DNA of 64,000 bases from Mobula hypostoma (lineage: Eukaryota), in NCBI RefSeq assembly GCF_963921235.1, contig NC_086097.1:178190001-178254000 (forward strand), given 5' to 3'. Under the pieces are notes generated by a model. The model was given only the letters and a program-made list of their open reading frames with translations, did not search any database and was not told the origin of the DNA. The position numbers were made by a program, and so were the translations under genes. Shown here in pieces: positions 50,010-63,851 of the stretch. Positions within the stretch are counted from its first letter, which is position 1, and every line of letters begins with the position of its first letter.

Positions 50010-51293
50010 CATCATTTAGGAAACCTATCACCCAGTACATGCCCCCCTCATTGCTACCATCAAGGAGAAGGTACTGGAGCCTGAAGATACATTCTCAATG
50101 TTTGAGGAACAGTTTCTTCCATCTCTGCCATCACATTTCTGAATGAACGTGAACCCATCAACACCACCTCAGTGTTTTGCTTCCTCCCTTTCTTCTCCAA
50201 AATGATCAATGTTAAAGATCGTGCAGAGGGAGAGGAGACAGCTCCTGAGGAATCAAGCCTGCTCTACCATTAAGGTCACTGAGTGGGCTGTTGTGTAGAA
50301 GCAGCAGGCTTCCTGTCCAGGGCAGTCCTGACTGAACCGTTGAGAGCTGGGCTCCCGGAGGAAACTGTTGAGTCTGCAGATGAGCAAATTGGGGAGTGAC
50401 TTAAGGGGAACAGATCGTCTACCTCTAGCAGATGTTCTCACACTGCATTCTGATGCACTAATCTAATCTGGAGGGTGATGAGGGTTGGATTTCTACTTCC
50501 ACACTGTCGAAGCATCTATTGAACATCTATTGTAACATACTTGTAATGGAAAATTTGGAAGTACCATGGCTTGATATGGCACCTGTTCTGCAAGGATCTG
50601 CAGATTTGTGGACACCGTTCAGCACATTTCAGAAACCAGCCTTTCCTCCGTGGACTCTCTATAAACTACTTGCTACCTAAATCAAGCAGTCTGCATAATC
50701 CCACATAACCTCACATTCTATTTTCTCTCTCCTCCTATTGAGCTGGAGATACGAAAGAACATTCCACTAGGCTCAAGGACAGCTTCTACCCTGCTGTTAT
50801 AAGACCATTGGACAGTCTCCAGGGTGATAAGATGGACTCTTAGCCTCACAATCTACCTTGCTATGATATTGCACCTTATTGTTTAACTACAATGCACTTT
50901 CTCTATAACTGTAACATTTTATTCTGCATTCTGTTGTTTTCCTTTGTAAGTGATCTACGTGATGGAGTAATCTGTGTGGATAGATGGCATCCAAGTGTTT
51001 CTTCACTGCATCTCAGTACATGTGAAAAATAAACCAGTTACAATATATCTCTCATAAGGTGAATATTTGCGTAGACACTAGGTGAATCCTTTTCATAACG
51101 TATCCACAATGGAAAGGGACAGTGTATTAACCAGTGGTGCTCCCAAGCAACTGGGCAAAATTTGGATTAAGTTCCCATCTGTCTTTGGCCAATTTCTGGT
51201 AGTAAAGTGTTTTTTTATTTCTCTGCACTTAGGAGCCATCAAAAGTCGGCGAATATTCTTGGTAATAGCTATTTGTTTTATTTCTGATGCCAG

Positions 51294-51509
51294 GTTCTAA
51301 CCACATGCCAGTTCAAGGGCCGGGCCAAGCAGGTATGGCCAATTCCTCGGTCAACATGCCAACGAGTAGCCACAGCTCGATGGGAGGTTTCAGTCACTCA
51401 GTGCCATCATCGCAAGGGATGCCAGTGCAGAATCAAATGAGCATGAACCAAGGGCAGTCGATGGGGAACTATGGACCTCGACCAAACATGAACATGCAGC
51501 CAAGCCAAG
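51294..51509 (+). CDS. SS18: SS18 coding exon 5 (216 nt)
   Basis: SNHMPVQGPGQAGMANSSVNMPTSSHSSMGGFSHSVPSSQGMPVQNQMSMNQGQSMGNYGPRPNMNMQPSQ; phase 1-1, AG/GT. Confidence 0.94.
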
Positions 51510-54500
51510 GTATTTCACCTCTTGATAGAAGTTTATAGAATTGAATGGCATAGATATAGTTGATGTTCAGTCTTTTTCCACCAGGATAGAAATATTAAAT
51601 ACTAGAGGACGTGCTTGTGAGATGAAGCGGTGAAAATTTTTTTTTCTCTGTGTCTCTGAAGAGTGATGGGTTTCCGGATGAGACTTTTGGATAGGCACAT
51701 GAATATGCCAGGAAAGGAGGGATGTGGGTCATGTGCAGGCAGAAGAGTTTTAGTTTTAGTTGGGATCATGTTTAGCCCAGATGTTGTGGGCTGAAGGGCC
51801 TGTTCCTGTGCTATACTGTTCTGTTAACCTGTGGCCCTTCGGTTTAGCTGCAGCTTGAATTTACATAATAACTTTCAAATTTGAGTTAGTGGTGTTCATG
51901 GTTTATCTGTCACTACCAGGTGAATGTTACATTCTAGTGTGTTTAGATGATCAATGGATCTGTTGTATCCTCCCTGGTAATTTATAGGAGCGATCTATCT
52001 GATAAGGAGTGTGATACCATGACTTGTAAGGGGTTGGTTATGTTTGGTTAGTCAGGCAAATTTTACGGAATATTTCAAGAGGAATAGAATATATACGCAA
52101 AGATTATAATGCTGAGGCTTTATAAGATGTTGGTCAGATCACATTTGGAGCATTGTGATGAGTTTTAGGTCCCATATTGAAGGAAGGATGTGCTGGCGTT
52201 GGAGAGAGTCCAGAAGTTTATGAGAATAATCCTGGGGATGAAAGGGTTAATGTATGGAGCGTGTTTGACTCTGGGCTTGTAATTGATGGAGTTCAGAAGG
52301 ATAAGGGTGGGGGCGGAGCGGAATCTCATTGAAACCTACTGAATATTGAAAGGCTTGGATGGAATCGAGGAGAGGACAAAGTTTAAAGGGAACATGGGTG
52401 GTGGGGGACTTCCTCACACAGTGGTGGGAGTGTGGAATGAGCTGCCAGATGAAGTGGTAAATGCGGGCTCACTTTTAACATTTAAGAAAAACTTGGACAG
52501 GTACACGGATGAGAGGTGTATGGAAGGATATGGTCCAGGTGCAGGTCAGTGGGACTAGGCAGAAAAATGGTTCAGCACAGCCAAGAGGGGCCAAAAGGCC
52601 TGTTTCTGTGTTGTAATGTTTCTATGGTTCTAACAATGTTGATGAGGAATTTATTTAACCAGAGAATGATGAACCTGTTGAAATCATTGCCATAGCTGTG
52701 GAGGCCAAGTCATTGGATATATTTAGATTAGATTCAACTTTATTGTCATTGTGCAGAGTACAGATACAAAGCCAATGAAATGCGTTTAGCATCTGACCAG
52801 AAATGCAAAGAATAGTGTTATTTACAAAATAACTGCGAATAAAAAAAAAGTGCTACAGCACACAAATATAAAAGTACTGAGACAGTACAATACGGATGCA
52901 ATACTGCTTAGCGCTATGATGAGAGGTTCACCAGCGTCACAGCCTCAGGGAAGAAGCTGTTCCTGTGTCTGCTGGTGCGGGAGCGGAGGCTCCTGTGAAG
53001 TGGAGGTTGATGTATTCTTGATTAGTAAGGGCATCAAAGGTTATGGGGAGAAGTAGGAGAATTGGGTTGAGAGGGAAAAATAAATCAGCTATAATCGAAT
53101 GGTAAAGTGGATTCAGTGAGCCAAATGGCCTAGTTCTCTTCCTATGTTTTATGGTCTTGGATGGACAGAGTATTAAAGAGGGAATTGCAGAGCTAGTAGA
53201 ACCATTGCCTCAAAGTTCCAGAGACAGACAAGTCCCATCCTGAGCTCGAGTGCTATCTGTGTGGAGTTCGTACGTGCTCTCTGTAACCACACGGGTTTCC
53301 TCTGGGATTTTGATTTCATCCTATATCCCATAGACATGGGTTGATATGTTAGCTGAATACCATAAGCTCTGCATAGTGTGTAGGTGAGTGGTGTAATCTG
53401 GACGCATTTGATGGAAGTTAATAAATTGGGATTGATGTACCTGTAAATCAGTGAGTGTATGCACAATCAACAGTATGTTGAAATTGTGGAGTGGGGAATA
53501 TTTCAGAGAGGTGGTCACGTGCTGGAGGAGGCACCAGTTGCCTGAGCCATGAGAACATAGGAGCAGGTATAGGCCATTTGGCTCCTCAAACCTACATGTG
53601 CATTCAGTAAGATCCTGGCTGATCTACGTTGGCCTCATCTCGTGTGCCAGTTCCCCAGAGCCCTCAATTCTCTGATCTTTCCAAAATTCTCCCAATGATC
53701 CAGCCTCAAAACCTTTGCAGTAGATATTTCCAGGGGTTCCCAACCTTTGAGAGGCCATGTAGTTGAACATGATAATTACGACAGTCAATGAGGAAGCATA
53801 GGGCAGGGGATGTTTTGGTTGAAGTTGGCTGAAGGCGTTGTATTGTGGAATGGTTCAGGAGCAGTCAGCAACCTTGATATTCAAGAATCTAAGATGAGGC
53901 AGCCTGCTTGGCATCCCAACTGATCTAACCTAATCTCCATCCCCTTTACTAATCAGAACTCCTGCACTGATTACCCTGTCCCATAAAGAGAGTGTGCCAA
54001 CTATCATCTTCACTACTCTGCCTACCTGTGTCACTGCTTTCAGGCAACTTGAGTGCAGCATTAAAGCTGCCAGGGCTGAATTGCCAGCTTGTGTGCTGCA
54101 TATCCTATGCAATGCATGATCCATTGGGAGAGATTAGGCAGTACTTTTGGATTTTCTTGTTCGTGGGATGTTGCAGAACTAGTTTCGAAACCAGTTCCAT
54201 GTCACTGAGGGGATGGACAGAGTAGATGAGGATATAAGTATTTACAATTTCACAGGGCACGGATTTCAACTAATTTACCAAGAAATTCAAGGTGGGGAGG
54301 AAAATGTAAGTTTTTGACAACATTTTCTGAGCTGGGAGGAGACAGATTCCAAGGATGATGGACAAGTATTGGAATAGGATCAAAGTCATAAATCCAGTCA
54401 GGAAGTAAATTGTGAAATGCTGCTTTAGTCTCGGACTCTTACATCACTTTCTTGAAATACAAGAGAGACTACAGATGTTGGAAATTTGGAGGAACTCCGT

Positions 54501-55083
54501 GGGTCCATCAACAACCACTGAGAGAAATGGCCATCAATGCTGATCAAAGCCCTTGACAAGAAGCAGCATCAACAGTCCATTTCCCTCCAAAGATGCTACC
54601 TGACCTGCTGAGTTCTTCCAGTATTTTGTATGTTGCTCCTGAATTAAGTGCTGGGGTTTAACAATCACCATCAGTAGGGAGGGCAAAAAAGTTAATGACT
54701 CGTGTTGGTGACACTTGATCCTTGAAGTAAGCAGGAATGGAAATACTGAATAATGGTGAAGGTCCTGAAAGGGGTGTGGGAGGTGGCTGGAGGGTAATAG
54801 ATCTACTGGAATGGAGCAGAAGGGCAAATTGCACATTAGGGCAAAGAATGTTGAAGATGCAGATGCTGGAACTGGGAGCAACAAACAGTTGGCTGGAGGA
54901 ACTCAATAGGTTGAGCAGCAGCATCTGTGGGACAGGGTTGGGGAGAGGGAAAGAATTGTTGACCATTCCTTTCCCTGCTGCTTGATCTGCTGAGTTCCTC
55001 CAGCAGATAGCTTGTTGGATTGATTGGATTGGCTAAGTTGTGTTGTACTTTGGTTCCCTGTTACCTACTGAATTGCCTTCCAG

Positions 55084-55248
55084 GTCCAATGATGCACCAG
55101 CAGCCTCCTGCCTCACAGTTCAATATGCCTCAGGGAGGAGGACAACATTATCCGAACCAGCCCCCCATGACCATGATGAATCCTGTTAACCAGGCAAATC
55201 ACATGATGGGACAAAGACAGATGCCCCCATACAGACCAGCACAACAAG
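55084..55248 (+). CDS. SS18: SS18 coding exon 6 (165 nt, QPGY-rich region)
   Basis: PMMHQQPPASQFNMPQGGGQHYPNQPPMTMMNPVNQANHMMGQRQMPPYRPAQQ; CAG / GTGAGT. Confidence 0.94.
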
Positions 55249-55449
55249 GTGAGTCCACAAGCATGATAGACTCACAGCTCTCATCACTGTGTGTACATGC
55301 ATGTTTCCATGGGTTACATTTTCTTATATGAATTGTTAATTGATTAGTGGAACTTGAAAGTATCCTTGTAGGAAAAGCTCAAGCAAATATGTACTCTGCC
55401 AGCCTGCGTCCATTGCACTTGTTTGAAATCATCTGCATGAGGCTGTTGA

Positions 55450-55516
55450 GCACCTCTGATTTCTGTGGCTCCTCTGATTTCTGTGGCTCCTCTGATTTCT
55501 GTGGCACCTCTGATTT
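55450..55516. repeat. 18-bp minisatellite, ~3.7 copies
   Basis: GCWCCTCTGATTTCTGTG tandem units. Confidence 0.9.
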
Positions 55517-55695
55517 TTCCCTTCCATCTCCCAGAGAGCTCCATACTGTTTTGAAGTATAGTCGTGGTTACCAAACAGGTAATATTGGACTGCACTAAGT
55601 GCACAATGGGCTCACACAGTTACCTTTGTGATCAAGAGCACATCATTTACTTTTGTCATGAATGATTGTGGGGACAGGAATGTCAAAGTGACGAC

Positions 55696-55888
55696 AAACG
55701 CGAGATTCTGCAGGTGCTGGAAATATTGAGCAACGCATAGATAATGCTTGAGGAACTCGGCAAATCAGGCAGCATCTTTGGAGGGAAATAAGCAGTCAAT
55801 GTTTCAGCCCAAAACGCCTACTGTCTATTCCACTCCATAGATGCTGTCTGACTTGCTGAGCAGCTCCAGTATTTTTTTGTGTGTTGCA
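55696..55888. repeat. Fold-back pair of Penelope-like terminal repeats
   Basis: GAGGAACTCGGCAAATCAGGCAGCATCTTTGGAGGGAAATAAGCAGTC pairs with CTGTCTATTCCACTCCATAGATGCTGTCTGACTTGCTGAGCAGCTC. Confidence 0.7.
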
Positions 55889-56429
55889 CCAGAGTGAGTA
55901 TTCCTGCTTTTACTCCAAATATCCATGGGATCTTTCACATGCATCTGGAAGAGATGACAAGGCCTCGGTTAAAATTTCAGCTAAAAGACAGCATCTCCAA
56001 TTGGGTAGCAGTTGGCACAACACTGAAAGTCAGCCTAGCTTTTCTGTCTGAGTGTGGGATTGGTTTCCTTTGGGTGCTCTGCTCTCCTCCCACAGTCTAA
56101 AGGATGTACTGGTTAGTAGGTTAATTGGCCATTATAAGTGGTCCTGTGATTAGGCTATTGTGAAATTGGTGGGTTGCCAGGCACCGTGGTTTGAAGAGCT
56201 GGAAGGGCCTGTTTTGTGCTGTTGCTCTACATTGGGTTGAAATCTTGCACTATTCAGAGTGCAGATTCCAGTGTGGCAAAGTTGGTGTGGCTAATGATCT
56301 GAACTCAGAAAAGTTCCTCCTTGTGGTATTAAGTTTTTCTCTTGCAATCAGCTTTAGTGGAAAATTCTACAGTTTTAGTAGTTTTATTTGGCTGGTGTCG
56401 GTTCTTTCTAAAAATAATAACTAATACCA

Positions 56430-56718
56430 GGGCAGCACAGTACTGTTTTGGCTAGCGAAACACTTTATAGCACCAGCAATCAGGGTTCAATTCCCGCCAC
56501 TCTCTGTAAGGAGTTTGTATGTTCTCCTTGGGACCATCTGGGGTTCCTCCCATATTTCAAAGACATAACGGTTAGGAAGTTGTGGGCATACAATGTTGGT
56601 GCTAGAAGCTTGGCAACACTTGCAGGGAGCCAGCCTCCAGCACATCCTTAGATCTGTGTTAGTCATTGACGCAAATGACGCATTTCTTTGTGCATGTGAC
56701 AAATAAAATTAATCTTTA
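56430..56718 (+). mobile_element. V-SINE-like element with LINE-type 3' tail
   Basis: GGGTTCAATTCCCG B-box, CTGTAAGGAGTTTGTATGTTCTCC V-domain, tail GTGACAAATAAA; closely related to 2475-2750. Confidence 0.65.
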
Positions 56719-57174
56719 ACATACAATTATCTAGTTAAACACAGCCTCATTAGAATCTCCAGTACAGCACTTCCATTGATGTCAAGACACAAACATTAAG
56801 AGATGAAGCCACTAACGCAAATGCAGGGCATTGCAATGAAAGGAACTGTGCGTGTGTGCGTGCGTGCGTGTGTGCACGTACGTATGTACAGAAGTCCTGT
56901 ATATTAATGGGCACATTGCATTTTTTCAGGAGTGGTAGCGTGGTACCAGTATTACAATCAAATGTTTTTGTCTCTATGACATTGAGCAGAAGACAAATGT
57001 CATCCTATATTCTGTCTAAATTATCCTTTTTTTAAAAAAAAAGTCATATGTATGCCGTTAACTGTTTATAAAAACATAATTTGTGTTGTGTGTAAATATA
57101 TTGATCTATAAACAAATTCCAAACAGCAAAGGCTGCACTTAACGTGAGACTATTGCTGCTGCTTTTTTTTTTAG

Positions 57175-57276
57175 GTCCTCTCCAACAATTTGCAGGTCAG
57201 GAGGAGTACTACAGCGATCAGTTCAATCATGGACAGGGCACCCCAGAGAGCATGAACCAGCCGTACTATCCTGATG
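57175..57276 (+). CDS. SS18: SS18 coding exon 7 (102 nt)
   Basis: T-tract + TAG; PLQQFAGQEEYYSDQFNHGQGTPESMNQPYYPD; GTAATG donor. Confidence 0.94.
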
Positions 57277-59371
57277 GTAATGCATGCCTATGTTCTTTTT
57301 TGTTGCTCCATTCTGTTGCAGCTACTGTTAAGTCTAATCACAGACTGTTGCTCACTCATCCATTTTGGCATGATTGTGTTAGGTCGAAGGGCCTTTTTCC
57401 ATGGAGTATACGCAACGATTCAATAATGGTGTTAAAGAATTTTAGAATTCTTTGATTCTATAACACTTCCGAGGTATATCATTGGCTACTTGTTACTTCA
57501 GGCACTCTCAAGAGTACAAGAGGGAGATTACTTTTATCTACGAGATTTCACTCCTAGCCATGGGACTGACTAACTGCCCCCAACTGCAGCTGAGCCAAGT
57601 TCAAGGCTGTGACTTGGTTGAGTCAAGGGATGGTTGTTCTAAAGGGAGATCTGAAGGACAGGAGAATGGTTGATATCTAGAACACGATGCCTGAGAAGGT
57701 GGTAGAATCAGATGCAATTATTTGGGAATTTAGTGACTTAAACAGGCAAAGTATAGAGGGATACAGACATATTGTGGGCAAATAGGTCAGCATGGACTAC
57801 AGGCCGAAGGGCCTGTTCCTGTGCTGTGCAACTCTTTGACTTCAAGGGCCAATAGGGTTAGGCATAAGTAGCAGTTCTTCCAACAGTGGAACACACCCCT
57901 AATAATGATCAATGTAAAAATAGTTCATGTTGGTTCCTTACAATAGACAGTCGACAGAACACTTCCATGAAGCAATTACTATATGAAAAGTGCTTCACTG
58001 TAGCCTGCAGTTCGACTGATTTCTCTTCTTCCACTCCCCCTCCCCCTCCCCACCCCCACCCTCTATCCTAAAAAGGTTGTGAATATTTAGCAAGGAAGGC
58101 AATTGGCTCATTTCAGAAAATTTTGTAAATGCTTATAGCTTTGCTTCCCTGATGATCACCTATGGGGCTTTTTAACCTCTTGTTCACAGACGTGTGAAGT
58201 GAACGAGGGGGGAGCACAGCAAATAGTAAACAGTGCACAGAGGGCCACTTGTGGAGCATGGATTCCAAGCAACCTGAATTAATCCTCCCAAACAAGCCAG
58301 AAAGGTCAAACTCACTCATCACCAAAAGCTTCAACCCTGTCCCAGATTTGTAACCTCCTGAGAACACAAGCACAGTTGATCCCATCTCCACAGGCTGTAT
58401 ATTCTAGGAGTTGGTCTGGTGTGCTTTCCCTGCATTCCCTCTCTGGTAACATGATCCTTGGATAAGAAAACTAAAATGGCATGTACAGTTCCAGATGGGA
58501 TTCATGAAGACTGTTTAGTTATGGCGAGTTGTACTCGCTCCTTTTCTCAGAGCCCTTTGAAATCAAGACAAAGAACTTCATGCAATCATAAGCTTCTGAG
58601 AGAAACAATCCTTGTGATGACACAGATGGAAGCCATTTGGCTCACTGGATGTATAGCCAGTTCCTGGGGAACAATCCCATCCATTCCATTTGGTAATTAC
58701 TTTATTATGGCCACATATACAGTGAAAAGCTTTTGTGTGTCATCCAGACAAATCATTTCATAGAGAAGTACATCAGGATTGTACAATAAGTAAAAATGCA
58801 AAATGTAGTGTTACTGTTAGAAAGGGCAGCAAGACAAATAAAATGTAAGGATCACAACATGAGGGGTCAAGTTCACTTACCTCTTGACCTCACACTTCAC
58901 CTCCTGATGATTTTGCACCTCATTATCTACCCGCACTGCACTTTCTTTGTAGCTGTTACACTTTATTCTGCATTGCTATTGTTTTGCTTTGTTCTACCTC
59001 CGTGCACTGTGTAATGAATTGATCTGTGTGAACAGCGTGCAAGACAAGCTTTTCACTGTATCTTGGTACATGTGGCAATAATAATAACCTAATTCCAATT
59101 CCCTTTCTACTGGTGAGTCTGACAGCAGGATCGGTTGTTGTGAGCTGGAGGTTGGTTTGGGTGATGGACTGGCTGTGTTCACAACACTGCAATTTCTTGT
59201 GGTCTCGGGCAGAGCAGTTGCAGTTCGGAGCTTTGGTGCACCTTTGTATTTCCCTGTAGCCTCCTTTTCTTTTCTCAATTTCTGGGCACAAACTGTCTAC
59301 AGATATCTTGTAAACCTACCGAATACCAATTGTACCTCTTCCCACCCTATCTCCTGTTTAAAAAGAAAACT

Positions 59372-59870
59372 GGGCCAACCAGCCCTTCCAGGTGAGGCAG
59401 CACTTCACTTGTGAATCTTTTGGGGTTGTCTACTGTGTCGGGCACTCCAAATGTGGCCTCCTCTACATTGGTGAGACCCGGAATCGACTGGGGGACCGCT
59501 TTGTTGAGCACCTCAGCTCCATCCACAAGAAGCGAAATTTCCTGCTGGCAACCATTTTAATTCCAATCCCCATTCCCATTTTAACATGTCAGTCTTTGGC
59601 TTCCTCTTCTGCCACAATGAGGCTCCCCTCATGTTCCATCAAGGTAATCTCCAACCTGATGGCATGGGCATCAATTTCTCCAACTTTCGGTAAATATTTT
59701 TCCCCTCCTCCTTTCCGCTTCTATTCCCCACTATGGTCTCTTGCGTCTTCTCACCAGCCTATCCTCCCTCTGGTGTCCTTTTTCTGTCCCTTTCTGTCCC
59801 TTTCTCCCATGGTCCACTCATCTTTCTGTTCAGAGTCTTCCTTCTCCAGCCTTTGCCCTTTCCACCTGTC
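59372..59870 (+). mobile_element. Older Penelope-like element fragment (GIY-YIG remnant)
   Basis: RQHFTCESFGVVYCV..SKCGLLYIGETRNRLGDRFVEHL followed by pyrimidine-rich 3' region, like 22030-22620. Confidence 0.8.
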
Positions 59871-62439
59871 ACCGCCACATTCTCACAACTCCCAATTTAC
59901 GGTGGCTAATTAACCTACCAACCTGTTTGTCTTTGCACTCTCGACACAGACTGTACCCGAGATCAGGATTGAATCCAAGTCTCTGCGGCTGTGCCACTGA
60001 ACATTTCTCTGTTTTCCCCTCTTTTAATCTACCTTCTGCTTCTTAAAATTGGACAGTGAGCTGTTAGTTGCTTTTGGGTTCATACCCATCCATAAATTTG
60101 AAATTAGTTTTTAAAAGAATATTCAGTGGTATAAACAGCACTTGGGTGGTGGGGAGGGAGGCACTTCGCTTTGTGTTGAAACCCTGCATTGTGATTCTCA
60201 ACAGAGTTGAGATGACCTGATAAAGAGGAGAAAGAGGATGGTGAGGAAGAGTTCAGAAGTGATTAGTGGACCGAGGAGGGATGGAAGAACATATTAATTC
60301 CAGGTTTCAGCCTCTGTAGTCTTTTGTGTCTCTGATCAGGATTGCTTTTTCCTTGATTTGGAAACCATCCTGATTTAAGAACTAAGATTATGCTTATTGA
60401 TAATTGTGCCAATACACAGACAGGAGGGCAGTTTATTCTGCAGTCAGATTAGAAGCCAGTTTAAAGTGCATTTAGAATGCAAAGTTTGCATTTAGCACAG
60501 AAGTATTTCAAGTAGAGGTTGAATAATTTTTGAAAGATTAAGGAATTGAGGGTTATGAGGAATTGGTACCACAGAAGTGTGGGGCAGATCAGCCACAGTC
60601 ATGTTGAATGATAGAAGAGGATTGAGGGGCCAAGTGGCCTCTGCTTTTTTTTGCATTCATATCTCTGCTTATAGCCAGTCCACATGTTCAGCTGTTTTCT
60701 GTTCTGTGCTTTACTCTTGTGCTCCTACATTGGTTATTAATTAACAGAAAACTTCAAGTTCTAAAATTCTCAACCTTGTTTTCAAGGTCAACACTTACCT
60801 TGCCCTCCTCCTCCTCTTCCTCCTCCTCCTCTGCCCCCCCCCCCCCCCAGATCTGCAATCCATTGATTCTGGCCTCTTTGTTCCTAATTTTAATCATTGC
60901 ACCTTCAGTTGCCTTGGACACAGCAGTCTTCTCTGAAACTATCTGTCCACCTCCCCCTCTAAAAGAGCTTTATTGTTGCCTGTCTCCGAGCTTTCTCCCA
61001 TCCACTAGAGCACATGCATTTAAGGTGGGAGGAGGAAAGTTTAAAGAAGATGTGTAGGGCAAGTTAATTTTACATGATGGTGGGTGCCTGTAAGGGGCTG
61101 CTGGTGGAAGCAGATATGACAGTTGTGTTCAAGGGACTTATTACACTCATGACCATGCAGGGAATGGAGGAATGTGGATCATTGTAGGCAGAAGGCATTT
61201 AGTTTAATTTGTCACCATGTTCAGCACAGACATCATGGGCCATGGTTCTATGTACCCTAATACACAAGGCTCATGGTGAAATTTAATGTGATAATTCCTG
61301 TTTATTTTGGCATGTTAAAGCTGTTATCTAAATGCAAGATGTTTTTGCTGTACTCTTTCCACCTTCCTTGGCTTTCTTGTGACCTACTGAATTCTCCACA
61401 TACTACTTGTTTTCCAGCCAGCAGCCCTCCTGTCTTTCTCTCACTTGGCCTGCCTCCATTGCATTCGTGGCTGTTTACTCGGTTCCTAATTCCTGCAGAA
61501 GCTCCCAGGGGACAGTCGATTGTAACTCGTTAGACTTTGGCAGAGTGACACAACAGATAGTCCAGTGCATTGTTTGTCTAGAACTTTTTTTTAAAAAAAA
61601 GCTAGCAAGAATGAGCAAGAAGACCCTCACCTCAGATTCAGATTTATTTATCTTGTGTATGTTGAGACATAGAGTGAGATGCATTGTTTGCTTCAACAAT
61701 GAACACAGCCTAAGGATGTGCTGAAGGCAGCCACAAGTGTCGCCACACATTCCAGTGCTGACATAATATGTCTAAAATGTTCAGCAAAGCGACAATACAA
61801 CAACACCACCAAAATAACGTCCCTTTCCCACCCTCCTACTCACACACGCAGGCAGACTTCCAATCCCAGGGCAGGCTGCCTCTGGGCCTCCAACTACCAG
61901 ACCTTGCCCCCAGACTCGCAGGCTTCTGACCTCCAGACAAGCCAACCCAGGGACTTCAATCTCCAGACTCACCGAATTCAGGACTTCAACCTCTGGCTTT
62001 GACTTCCGCCTCCAGCTCAGCTGTACCTCAGAGTTCAATGGCAGCCATTTGCTGTTCTAACATGTGATGCAGATGGCTGCATGCAGTTATAAAGTACAGA
62101 AGGGGGAAGGCTTTTAATGTAACCCAAGAAACAGGTTTTTCCACAGTCAGGGCGGTGGGTGTGAAGTATGAGCAGCTGGGGAAGTGATTGAGGCAAGTAC
62201 AATAACCTGCATCGCGGGGAGGTTCATCGAGAAGATTAAGGTGCATGGGATCCAACTAAATTGGCTTGTCCGTGGAAGACAGGATAGCGTTCAGCAGGGG
62301 CTCTTCTGACTAGAGGCCCTGACTAATCATGTTCCGCAGGGACCTGTAATAGGACCTCGGCAGTTTGTGAGATATATCAATTACCTGGATGAAAATATAG
62401 GTGGGTGGGTTAAAAAGTTTGCAGACGATACAAAGATTA

Positions 62440-62800
62440 GAATATAAAAACAAGAATTTAATACTGGGGCTTTATAAGGCATTGGTCAGACAGCACTTAG
62501 AGTATTATGAGCTGTTTTGGGCCGCTTATCTAAGAAAGGATCAGCTGGCAATGGAGAGGATCCAGAGGAAGCTCACGAGAATGACAGGGTTAATGTATAA
62601 GTAGCGTTTGATAGCTCTGGGCCTGTAGTCACTGGAGTTTAGAAGAATGGGGGGTGGGGGGGGGTCTCAATGAAACCGACTGTATAAGCCTATTGAAAGG
62701 CCTAGATAGAGTGGACATGGAGAGGATGTTTTCTATAGTACCAGAGGGCATAGCCTCAGAATAGAAGGATGTCCCTTCAGAACAGATGCAGAATTTCTTA
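62440..62800 (+). mobile_element. Degenerate CR1 fragment
   Basis: LEYKNK.LIL.LYKALVRQHLEY..LFWA.YLRKD..AMERIQR. Confidence 0.7.
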
Positions 62801-63758
62801 AACCAGGGTCACAAAAATTTGATTGAAGTCTACAGACTTCCAAAGCTATCTTGACTAAACTTCCTCATGACCCTGCTCCCTGTAAGGACTCCATCCCACA
62901 TTCCTTTTCCTCCCTCTCAGCCAGTTTTGCTGTTGTGATGTGTTGTATTTTCTGATCAGTTGTCAAGTTTTCTTGCTGCTAGTCTGACTATGTTAATCAT
63001 ACTGTCACCATGTTTCATTGCATATCATCTACAAAATGGAATGAAGTTGCTCAATGTCCTGCAGCAAACTCTGTCAGACCCACCACCTCTCTGTAACTGA
63101 AAAGGACAAAGCCTTCAGCTGAGTGATTATTATCCTGCCACCAACCGCTTCCCCTCCAAGTCACTCAGTATTTCTACTTGGAAATATATGGCTATTCCTT
63201 TATGGTCACTGTGTCCGTGTTCCAGAAATCTCTCCCCAACAGCAGCATGGGCACACCTTCAACACAGTGACTCCGGCAGCTCATCAGGTTAGCTCGACCA
63301 CACACCTTCTCAAGGGGCATTTGGGGCATGGGCTTTAAATGTTGGCTTGCAAACCGCACTCTGATCCCATGAATGATTGAGAACCAGATAGGACAGGAGA
63401 AATATCAGTCATGAACAAAGTAGGAGTATTTCTCCGCAGTAACAGAAACTTGAAGGGCATTGTCCTGCCTCTGGCACAGGAACGGGTCTGAACACGGCGG
63501 GATTTGCACTTTGCCCTCATTAATTAACATGAGATTGCTCTGTTCATCAGTACAGTACCTGTAGGTCAGGCGCAAGCAGTGGTAACTGAATGGCTTTTGA
63601 CATAGTTTACATTTCATTGGAACCCTGACTGCACAGGAATCTTCAGAAAAAAGCGCTTGCTAAATTTTCACGTGTTTTTTTTTGTTCTCCAGATTTACTT
63701 TTGAAATATTGTGGGCTTGTAGTTGAAAAGCCATTAACTGTTTTCCTGTTTGATGTAG

Positions 63759-63851
63759 GCAGTAATGACTACAGTTACCAGCATCCATCGTATCCTGAGC
63801 AGGCCTTTGAAAGGCCTTACGAGGATCCCTTACAACATTACTACGAAGGAG
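63759..63851 (+). CDS. SS18: SS18 coding exon 8 (93 nt); gene continues beyond window
   Basis: GSNDYSYQHPSYPEQAFERPYEDPLQHYYEG, similar to human GHNDYGYQQPSYPEQGYDRPYEDSSQHYYEG; AG/GT, phase 1-1; not in the supplied ORF track. Confidence 0.92.

Noticed and set aside
55450..55516. Short direct repeats as a possible CRISPR-like array
   Set aside because: Head-to-tail 18-bp units with no spacers in vertebrate intronic DNA; an ordinary minisatellite.
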